From NCBI GenBank assembly GCA_028023455.1, contig JAQFVV010000003.1, positions 12,772,001-12,836,000 of the forward strand: a DNA stretch of 64,000 nucleotides. Direction: 5' to 3'. Shown one piece after another: positions 52,831 to 64,000 of this stretch. The stretch is from Epiperipatus broadwayi (lineage: Eukaryota; Animalia; Onychophora). Both the position numbers and the translations under genes were made by a program. The stretch's first letter is position 1. Every line of letters begins with the position of its first letter. The notes under the pieces are model-generated. The model ran no database searches and was not told the DNA's origin. It worked only from the letters and a program-made list of their open reading frames with translations.

Positions 52831-55800
52831 TACACCTCAGGGCATAATTCGATGAATGGTAAAACTTATGTATCTATTTATTATAATCATTTTATAATAA
52901 TTACTTGTAGATAATTTCTTACTGTAACTTGTTTAAACCTCTTATTAAATAATAATTTAACCGTACTGTGAATTTTGAGAGTTTCATTTATTAATTTATA
53001 TATGCTATTTTGGTTTACATAATAAGTGACCGATTGCAGTGACCAAATCAAGCTTGAACATAGCACACATTTATAAAGCATATGAAGAAAGACTTCTGAA
53101 AAAGATGAAATAGATTTTTTTTTTAAAAAAATAGATGTCAAAACATTCTACAGGTCTTTGACTGATGATGATGATGATCACATATGATTAATAAATAGTC
53201 AAAGCTTAATGCACTATTTATAGATATGTGTTGATAAAGTGGATAACATAGATAAAACTATTTAATTGAAAGTGATGATGACTAAATCAAAAATACAAAT
53301 TCCAATAATCAAAATGAAGGCAAAGAAGAGTTTCCATTAGATTATGATTAAATGACAAAAATTAATGTTTAATATGTGCTTGTTTTACCTACATATCCTA
53401 ACATTTTTAGTCATATTCTAACATAAAGATACCATTTCTTCAAGTAGAGGTATGTATATATGATAATATCCATCATTCCTTGAATAAATTAAAAAACATC
53501 AACTTAACCGATCCCTTTTAATATTATTTATTTTCTTGTTTTTGATATATATCCAATAAGCATGCATAAAGACTAAGATAGGTTATATAAATGTTATAAA
53601 TTACTAAAAAAAAAAAAAGCAAAAAAATCCATTTAAAATCAATTAATAACACATATATTCTTTCTAGAGATGTAATTAAAACACTTCATTTAAATAACAT
53701 TATCACTCATTCGTAAAGAATTCTGAAAGTTTAACAAGATTAATTAATTTATTATAAAATCTAAAAGTTTCCTTTTTTTTTTTATGAAAGTAAAGCAAAG
53801 TGATTTTACAACTTCATAAAACAATCAGTTATTTGAAAGTTAAAAAAAAATTAAAAACATTAATTAGTAAACTAACAGTTAAAATGAATGATTAAATTTG
53901 TCTGTGTATATATATATATATCAATTTCAGAAACATATTTGAAATATACATATTTGCTACAAGAGAACATTAAAATTACTATAGTGGCAGATACAAATGA
54001 ACTTTAAAGTGGTGATCTATCTTCTAATTTCAACAGTTCGATTGTCAAAATGTATCCACTAATATTTAAAAGTAATATTTTAAAATAATAATGAATATAT
54101 ATTTAAAAATATAGATTGTAGTTAAATCATTTAAAGATGATTATTTTAAAATTAATTAAAATTAGAAATGAGTATTTAGTTACATTTTAATGTAGATGTA
54201 TTCAGGTACTTTTTCTCTTTATTGAAATCTGAAAGATTCTTACCTGGATGCCCTCCATAATTCCTCTCTTGCACTTTCCAGAATAGTTCTTTCTTTTTGC
54301 ACTCAACTGGAGATCAAAATATTATTTCATTTAAATTTACTATTAAATCAAATGATATTTGAAGGCTTATGACACAGGAGTGACAACAAAAATGATTACA
54401 GTTAAGAATGATCTGTCTGAATACAGGAATAAAAATTCAAAAAATATTTCTGTATTTCACACATACACATAAAATATATCCATCAGACAATACAACATAG
54501 TGAATTATAAATATTCATATATAACACAACCACATCCATCCATTATCAAGTGTGCACACTGTAAACACTTTCAAAATTACTTGCTATAGTCTGCTTGAGT
54601 ATTCTTTTTAAAAACTTTACTTGAGGAGAAAGATTGATGATTTAACGTAAATTTAAACTTTCATTATTAAAACCATTCTATTATTTAAAATCTTTTAGGA
54701 GGAAAAATACTTGAGTTAAATTTTGATTACTAAAATCACTTCCATTATTTAGTCTTTTAAGAAGAAAAAAATGTTAAAAAATAAAATTGATTTTTTTTTT
54801 ATCTTAAATATTTAAAACCTACCATGATGAAATTCTAAAACTAAATCAAAGATTTATAAATAAAATAAAGGTATCTAAAAATACATAAATGAAATTATAA
54901 ATTGTCTGATATATTGTACCAGTCGAAAATGTATGTCCATCCAACAAAATTTAGAATCTAAGCAAAAGTACCCTGAATCCAATGATGTCCAAGATACACA
55001 GGTCAGGAGCAGTCATGAATTCTAACCTGTTTGCTAATTCCCTAAATCTATAACACTATGAACAACACCTACAGTGATACCACATAAATTCATTATATCC
55101 TGGCCTGGTGCTACAACATTTTATATGAGAACTCAACTAGTCATGATGATGATGAGAGATTGAGTGAACCCGATATATAGTAAAAAAAAAATAAGATAAA
55201 TATGTTAAGGAGATTCGACCAACTGGATTAAAGTTTAAAATATAAATATTTATTTGGACAGAATTCAAGATGATTTTTTTATATATAATCAACTCCATGC
55301 TTGTAAAACTTTATTTTCATTATAAACATTTAAGAAACTTGATACAATTATTTTTTATTTTAATAAAACTTAATTTAGTGCAGCAGTTACAATTCTGGAC
55401 AGATATTTAAAAATAGGCTTCTATTTAATGTTAGAAAAAATGGATTTATCGGAGTGGTTTGGTGGACGTTTTATACATTTAAAAAAAATATATATATTTC
55501 AAGATACAATAGTTTAGCTGATTATACAATTTCAATATGATGCCTTTAGCATTTGATACATAAGTTTATTTTCATTTAGATACTCTATTTATAACCAATT
55601 AAAATAAGGATACATTTGATCAGTAGACTAAAACATTATTTATTTTACCATTTCAGCATTTAATGATAGAATATAGTGAAACTCTATAATTGTGGGACTA
55701 GCTTATTTTAATAAAGGGGAGGGCAGCTTCATGAGAAGTTGGATTTAAACTCCAATGGAAAATATTACATAAGGGAAAAACATTTTATTATCACATATCA

Positions 55801-57275
55801 TTACGATTTATTTTGCTAAACAGGCTAGAAAACTAACTATAAGAAATGGCAGTGCTAGCATAATATCAGCAAGAAGCAATGGCACATTTGGCCTGGACAA
55901 GATCATTCTCCAAATTCTTTAAAGGTTGTACCCACCAGCTTCATGCTAAAGCGGTACAGGAAGAAAAGATAGGTAGGAAGTTTCTATGGGTCAGACCGTG
56001 GCGCATTCATGCAGAGCATCTACTCTAACCTGCATGTTCTAGAAGTAAACATAGACTTCTATTATCAATGAGAAAACTAAAGACAATGCTTTGAATCCCT
56101 GGAGTGAGGTACAGGTGACTCAAAGCAGTATATAAATATATATACTTGGAGGAGAAGAATGACTAACAAAGAGGATCATGACTCCCTGGAGTGAGGTACA
56201 GGCGAATCAGATCAAAGCCCTATGTGGCTTATGAATAATTGGACATATGCTAGCAACGCTATCATAATAATATAAAATCACTGTATTTAAATATTAAAGT
56301 AAAGCCTTAAATGGTTTAACAAATATATAATATGCTAAAATAATGACCCACATAATCTAAAGTCATTGATCATAAATTAAACTATCATTAATGAAGCATG
56401 CCTTGCTCCCCCTTCTTGAATCAATATTTTGTATAAGATATATAAAAAAAAAACTAAAATTCACGCATTTAAAAGTTCGAGTTACAAAACAAATTTAAGT
56501 CGACAGCCTTTTGGCGATGATGATCAATAAGAAATTAATAAAATTAACAGACACCAATATCCACCCCAGATTGCAAAAATATTTATACATTTTGTATAAA
56601 TTTATGATAAAACATTTATTTTAAAAAAAGCAGATATTCATTTAAAGTACAAACCCAATCTTACGAGATATTTAAAATAACAAGAACCCATTAATTTCCC
56701 CCCTCCCGTTATATTCCACAGTGGGATATAGAAGTTCATAAGACTAGATTTGATTGGCATTTCCAAATAAAATTAAGTGAAAAATATAAAAATATTATTA
56801 AAATTAAATTATAACCGCACTAAATTATAAATATAATAAGAAGCGTGAGTTGGATGACAGATTAGTTTTGATAGTAGAGAATTGATACAAAAGATTAATG
56901 GACTCGCTGATTAGCGAGTTTTGAAAAAAATCAAACATAAAGAAAACATTAGTTTACAAATTAAATTACAGATAAGAATTGGCTAATGCAATTATACTGT
57001 CTTTGGGCTGGTTACCTAAGGATTCTGTGAAGTATTGATGAATTTTCTGTGGCAGGCAGCATTCTTTGATGGCACAGTCACTCTTGAGTAGTAGGAGCTA
57101 CATCTCGGCGTGAGTCAGGCTGAAGATGGAGGGAAAGGTGGCTTAGGCCCCTCAAAATTTCAACGGATGTGAAATTATCTAGCAACAATTGACCAAACTC
57201 TGACACAATAGATTTTTAGCCCTATTTATGTCAGTTTTTTTAGTCCCTCAGAGAATGTTTGTTTTAATTAGACTT

Positions 57276-60200
57276 ATATATTACTTATAATACTTCATTC
57301 ATATACACTTTAATGCAAGTAATTTTCTTAAACTTCTTTTTCTTACAGTTTCGACTGTCCAGAAGTCTTCATCAGAGCTACAAGATTTGAATAATACAAA
57401 TACATAATTATCATTTCACATATATATATAAACAAAAAATATATATCCATCATTTTACACACATATAAAATACACACATATATCAAAATATACACATATT
57501 TTCTTCATATGTATACATATAAATCTATATCACCTCTAGACATATATATAATCCATATCTACATCTATATATACATATGCATATCCAATACATAGACATA
57601 CCTCTTTTCAACATACATCTATACACAGATATACATACATCCATATACATATATACAATCCTCATATATCTTTATAAATACACATTCATATGTATATTCT
57701 ACCTACACATATATAAAATACAAAACATATCCAATTCACCATTTTTTTAAAAAAAAAAAATTATCGTTTTTTAAAAATTTTTTTTACCTTTTTAAATAAT
57801 TTTATTTTTACTTTTTATTTTTAAAACAACCCTTTAAATATTCTTCTTCTTAATATTATAATATTATTAATAATATTATTTTATTATTATTATTTTTTTA
57901 TAATTATCTAATATATAACATCTTTTACTTTACTATCTTTAATTTTACTTTTTATAACTTTTATCTCTATATCACTAAATAATATTTTTTAACATTATTA
58001 CCTCTATCTTCCTTACAGTTTTAACTTTAATTAAAATGACCGTTATTTCAAAATTTTCTATCTTGTTTATTCATTTAAAACAGCTCCCTCTGCTATCAAT
58101 ATTATAAACTTATAATTCTATTTAAACCTTCCAACTTCCCAATTATAATCATTAACCATATTTAAATATTATAAAATAACTACTTAACCATCATTTCACA
58201 TATAAATATACATATCAAACATCCATATTTCTTACACACATACACACACACATATATATATACACATCTTCACATTACCTCTATACATATAACTAAAAAT
58301 AATATATAAAAATAATATATAAAACCAATATATAAAACAATATTAAAATAAAAGATTAAGAAATCAAAATTTAAAATTTTAAAAATTAACAAATCCCTAC
58401 CTACATCTATACATTCACATGTATATATATCCAAATATATACTTATATCCCTTAAAACATACTCATTTATATACCTATACTCATAACACATATACATACA
58501 TATACCAATCCTCCTATACATTTATACATACCCACCCACATAAATACTCAACTTACTTATAAATTACATATATAAATATATAAAAGACATCTAATACGCC
58601 ATTTTATATTACCTTTAAAACCTATTTTATTTTTACTGTTAGTTTTTCATTTTATTATCTATCTTGCTTAATTATTATCTAATACATAATACCTTTTTAC
58701 TTCCATATCTATAACACAAACCAATCCAATAGACCATTTTTATTACCTTTAAAACTATTTTATTATTACTTTTAGTTTTTAAAAATTTTCTATAACCAAT
58801 TTACAAAATTTTATAAACATTACCCTTTTATTATTTATTATTACTATCAACCCCTCTGTTATCAATTTTATAAAACTTATAACTATTTATTAACAATCTT
58901 TTCTATTTTTACAAGGTTAAATCAGCATAGGTATGACAAATATTCACCGATTTATTTGCATACTATGGAAACGGGGCATGTATTTGACAAAGAGAATATA
59001 AAAATGATAGAATATACTAATAAAAGAAGAGATAGAAAAATAAAAAGCAATATAATTAAGAGGATAAGGCCTAGTTTAAATAGGGATGTGGGAATAAGAA
59101 TGTTGTGTTGATAGATTTAGTATTGGATTTACAGGCTTATTAGTAATTAAAAATAAGGGTATATATACATGTTTTAGGAGTATATAAATATGTATATGGG
59201 TAGAGACTATTGAATATAAAATTAAAATATGGTTTGGAAAAGATATTGGTGTTAGCATGTTTATTGTTGTGATTGATTAATAATAATGGTAATAATAATA
59301 GTAATAAAAGAAAGTAGGTTAAAAGTTATAATTTGTGGATATACATAAAAGACTTGTAAAGAGTGTTAATAGATATAGGTTAAAAATAGTTATGTTTTAT
59401 AAAATTGATACCAGATGGGTTGATAGTAATAATAAATAATAAAAGGGTAATGTTTATAAAATTTTGTAAATTGGTTATAGAAAATTTTTAAAAACTAAAA
59501 GTAATAATAAAATAGTTTTAAAGGTAATAAAATTTGTCTATTGGATAGGTTTGTATTATAGATATGAAAGTAAAAAGGTATTATATATTAGATAATAATT
59601 AAACAAGATAGATAATAAAATGAAAAACAGTAAAAATAAAATAGGTTTTAAAGGTAATATAAAATGGGGTATTAGATGTGTTTTGTATATTTATATATGT
59701 AATTTATAAGTAAGTTGAGTATTTATGTGAGTGGGTATGTATAAATGTATAGGAGGATTGATATATGTATGTATATGTGTTATGAGTATAGGTATATAAA
59801 CGAGTATGTTTTAAGGGATATAAGTATATCTTTGATTATATATACATGTGGCTGTATAGATGTAGGTAGGGATTTATTAATTTTTTAAATTTTAATTTTT
59901 GATTTCTTAATCTTTTATTTTAATATAGTTTTATATATTGGTTTTTATATATTATTTTTAGTTATATGTATAGAGGTAATGTGAAGATATATATATATAT
60001 ATATGTAAGAAATATGGATGTTTGATATGTATATTTATATGTGAAATGATGGTTAAGTAGTTATTTTATAATATTTGAATATGGTTAATGATTATAATTG
60101 GGAAGTTGGAAGGTTTAAATAGAATTATAAGCTTATAATATTGATAACAGAGGGAGCTGTTTTAAATGAATAAACAAGATAGAAAATTTTTGAAATAACG

Positions 60201-61020
60201 GTCATTTTAATTAAAGTTAAAACTGTAAGGAAGATAGAGGTAATAATGTTAAAAAATATTATTTAGTGATATAGAGATAAAAGTTATAAAAAGTAAAATT
60301 AAAGATAGTAAAGTAAAAGATGTTATATATTAGATAATTATAAAAAAATAATAATAAAATAATATTATTAATAATATTATAATATTAAGAAGAAGAATAT
60401 TTAAAGGGTTGTTTTAAAAATAAAAAGTAAAAATAAAATTATTTAAAAAGGTAAAAAAAATTTTAAAAAACGATAATTTTTTTTTAAAAAAAACAGTGAA
60501 TTGGATATGTTTTGTATTTTATATATGTGTAAGTAGAATATACATAGGAATGTGTATTTGTAAAGATATATGAGGATTGTATATATGTATCTGGATGGAT
60601 GTATATCTGTGTATAGATCTATGTTTAAAAAAGGTATGTCTATGTATTGGATATGCATATGTATATATAGATGTAGATATGGATTATATATATATTTCTA
60701 GGGGTGATATAGATTTATATGCATATATATGAAGAAAATATGTGTATATTTTGATATATATGTATATATGTGTGTAAAATGATGGATATATATATATATA
60801 TATTTGTTTATATATGTGTGTGAAATGATAATTATGTATTTGTATTATTCAAATCTTGTAGCTCTGATAAAGACTGCTGGACAGTCGAAACTGTAAGAAA
60901 ATAAAGAAGTTTAAGAAAATTACTTGCATTAAAGTGTATATAAATGAAGTATTATAAGTAATATATATGATTATATGAAGATATGCAAAGAAAGTGAAGG
61001 AGAAGAATAAGAGAATATAC
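57276..61020. mobile_element. 3.7-kb inverted-repeat insertion with ~1.6-kb arms and a 14-bp TSD (Penelope-like element derivative)
   Basis: The left arm (57276 to ~58893) is the reverse complement of the right arm (~59378-60967), with scattered mismatches and indels and a ~480-bp spacer. TSD TTTTAATTAGACTT at 57262-57275 and 61021-61034. A hammerhead-core motif CTGAT(G/A)A-AGAC..GTC-GAAA lies near each outer end. Confidence 0.82.
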
Positions 61021-61826
61021 TTTTAATTAGACTTCCTGACTCTAATGGATCCTTAATTTCCAAGAGTTTACCCTATTGTTAGTAGAGATGCAGTCATGAA
61101 ATAACTGTCCAAAATCAATTCAAACCAATTTCCAGTTTGGAAATGGATCTGATAAAAAAATGTTACTAGCTAACTAAAATCCATTAGCTTTGTTTTAGAT
61201 TTTACTTTTCTTAACTTTAATTTACAAATTCTTTTTTTTTAAATCATGAAACAAACTTCTTATCCCTTTAATTATTTTTAGACAGTCAATGACTGCATCT
61301 TCCATCTTGAATTTATATGTAGTTTTATGACAAAAAAGTAATTACAATATTAAAATAAAAGTATAAAAAAAATACAATTTTAAAAGGAAAAAAAAAATTG
61401 ATTTAGTATTTTTAATTATATATATAGGCTCCTATAATATCTGTATATATCTGAGTCGCATCTATAAAAGTTAATATTTAAAATAATTAAAGATTTTTAT
61501 TTCAGATTTGTATTTATAAATCTCATAGACACTTCTCAGAAATATACGTATAGTCTATATACATTTTACAAAAAAAAAAAAGAAGCCTGATGACACATGG
61601 GCTGTGGTAGAACAATAAAACTCAATCTCGAACTAAGGTCGACTGTTTCAACATTGGCTTATGAAAAATAAAGTTTTAAAAGTTTGTTAAATCATTTATA
61701 AAGTCAATAAATTGGTTATTGTAAGTCCAAAATTCTGCTGAGAGAAAATTGTTTTTATATACAAATAGAATTACTTTTGTCCAAAGTGATTGATGGAAAA
61801 CTACTTAAGTGCCATATAATTTATAT

Positions 61827-62319
61827 TAGGGGTGGGCAATTGTTTTGGCTCGAGGGCCACAGAGATTGGCAAAGGGCCACATCAGGGGCCACTTTGTGGA
61901 AATGAAGGTTAGCAGAGGGCCACACCTTTTTTCATGACACAATAAACACACTGCTTTATTTCCTGTAATACCAAAGAAATATTTGTTTGTCCATTCTTCA
62001 TGAAACACATGACATTCATCACTGAATTTATGTTTTTTGGATGGTTCATGGTTTCACTAAAGTTGGAAATGTATATATTTGCTAATGCAAAGACAAAATT
62101 GAAATTAACTAGATCAACGGGAAAAGCACTGCACATCGTATCTACACTGCACATGTGCATTGATGTGGCCATCATAATGGAAAATACGAGACAAATCTTC
62201 AGTCACACACGGGAAGGAAATCTCAGTTCAAGGTGGATTTTTCTGATTGTCTTGGCAGGCCACATAAAAACTCTTAGCGGGCTGCATGTGGCCCTTGGGC
62301 TGCTATTTTCCCAACCCTG
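61827..62319 (-). mobile_element. Internally deleted hAT (Charlie/SPIN-family) transposon
   Basis: TIR-like ends TAGGGGTGGGCAA / TTCCCAACCCTG and a perfect 8-bp TSD ATTTATAT. The minus-strand peptide FHEEWTNKYFFGITGNKAVCLLCHE resembles the N-terminus of Charlie/GTF2IRD2-type transposases. Confidence 0.85.
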
Positions 62320-63148
62320 ATTTATATTACCATTAATTTAAAACACTAAAGTCAATAATATTGTTTATTTATACATGCATAATAATTCAATAGGCCATTA
62401 CACGTTTCAATGGGCAACAAAAGCTGTCTATGATCTTAACTAGAATTTATATTTGGGATATGGCTCATATTATGAGCCATTTTGAGAATTCATGCTAGAG
62501 TTTATTTTCTGGTTAGGTCTTATTTGGAGGGGGGGACACAGTATGATATAATGGTTCAATTACAAAGGAGGGACAACTTAACCTAACTGCCTTCTAATAG
62601 CAACTGGAAGACATGCTTTTAACTCTTCAATTGAAATTCTCTCAATTCAAAATTGATTTCATCTCCAATTCCAAACTTCAACTAATTCACTTAATTTTTT
62701 TAAAAAATACATTGGTTTTCCAAAAAAAAATGTTTCTTTTATAGTTGTTTTTCAAATTAATCACTACCTGCCATATTTTAATTTCTCACAAATATGTTTC
62801 AACTTCTTTCTAACTAATTAATTTAAGAATATTTGCATTAAAAATTTTTTAATAACATCCTTTAAAAAAACAATAATAATTTGCTTCTGCTAAATTTAAA
62901 ATTTTTTAAACATATTATTTAAATATAAAATCTATAATTTTATGACTTTCCAATCTTATCTTTAAGAAATTCCTTTCACTATTTCTTAGATACATACATA
63001 AAAACATACACATGATGGATTGTCAGTTATATATATATATAAAAACAAAAAAAAGATTTATAAATATATATATATATAAAACAAAAAAAAGATTTATAAA
63101 TCCAATAAATAATATTATATATTAATATTTTGATATATATATATATAT

Positions 63149-63470
63149 TGTAACGTTTTCTGTATTTCTAGGCCTCTATACGCATTATAAATGTGTGAGT
63201 TGATCAAGTTATGCAAAAGAAAAATAAATGTAGAGGAACGTTTCATTATTATTCTAAACACATAACTATCTTTCCTGATCAGTTCGGCCTAGAATTATTA
63301 CCGAGTACAATTGTGAGCTGAATCAGCTTTTAATTTCTACATGAGGGCGCCAGAGTCGTTAGACCCACTGAGTCTGCGTCAAACATATTGTAACTCGTAA
63401 AGTAACAATTATACGATCTGGGTTAAAATTCCCGTTAAGTAGAAGATATTCCCCTTTGACTTAATTAAGA
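63149..63470 (-). mobile_element. Possible LTR of a retrotransposon continuing past the right edge
   Basis: CpG-retaining block starting TGTAACG on the plus strand, with a purine tract (AAAGGGGAA on the minus strand) at its other end. No second LTR in the window. Confidence 0.3.
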
Positions 63471-64000
63471 AAAATAAATCTATTTAGCAAAGGTAATTTG
63501 TATACTAATTTGATTCTAAATAATCAAAACTTAAACATAATAACTCTAAATTTATACACGTACAATGAAAGTATGTTAATAACAAAGATTTAATATTTAT
63601 GATAAATGAAAAATTATAATGTTGGGACGTATTGTGCGTAATGAATTTAGTAATTTGATTCAAATATTGAAGCAATAGTTAGTTTGTGTCTTATTTTCCA
63701 TGGTACTGTTTCATATACTACTCAGTTTGCAAATCTTTAGATCACAAAATTATGGGATAAACATTTCATTAAAATCTCAGTTCATAAAGCTTTATACAAA
63801 GTTATGGCCATTAACTTAGCGGTAAGTTGATATTTAAGTAGGTTATTGATCCTCTGATGTCCAATTCAGTCAGTGGGTAGTCCGCAATAGTTGTTTTTTT
63901 TAGCTTTACTCTTTCTAAATCTCCGATCAAATTTAGGTAGAGTCGGATGACAATCCAGGTGTTTTCTCGAGAGAAAGTGTCAGCAAACGATAGAGTTCTA

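Noticed and set aside
56097-56202. 19-bp direct repeat CCCTGGAGTGAGGTACAGG, twice
   Set aside because: Real, but most simply a local duplication within an unidentified repeat fragment. No further structure.
58270-60658. ORFs inside the foldback arms (58270-58521, 59076-59258, 60443-60658)
   Set aside because: Low-complexity Y/I-rich products of skewed TA-rich sequence. No RT or GIY-YIG motif could be supported.

Overview
Very AT-rich, repeat-laden metazoan (probably invertebrate) nuclear DNA. Two intact housekeeping genes sit head-to-head with 368 bp between their start codons. TPRKB/CGI121 is on the minus strand: exons 13686-13546 and 2964-2842, with the rest probably left of the window. 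ALG10 is on the plus strand: join 14055-14198, 16861-17058, 31678-32715, about 459 aa. Downstream of ALG10, on the minus strand, lie exon-like remnants of a heavily decayed gene that resembles focadhesin (tentative, from memory). Introns and intergenic DNA hold decayed RTE-type and other LINEs, two Ty3/gypsy relics and several MITEs. Three of these are hAT-type, and one closely matches the vertebrate SPIN/URR1 element as I recall it. The most striking structures are two palindromic insertions (38531-39672 and 57276-61020). Each is flanked by a perfect 14-bp target-site duplication and carries hammerhead-ribozyme motifs, with one apparently intact minimal type I hammerhead at 39073-39114. This points to Penelope-like/retrozyme mobilisation. 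No rRNA, tRNA or CRISPR array was recognised. All homology calls come from remembered motifs, not from database searches.
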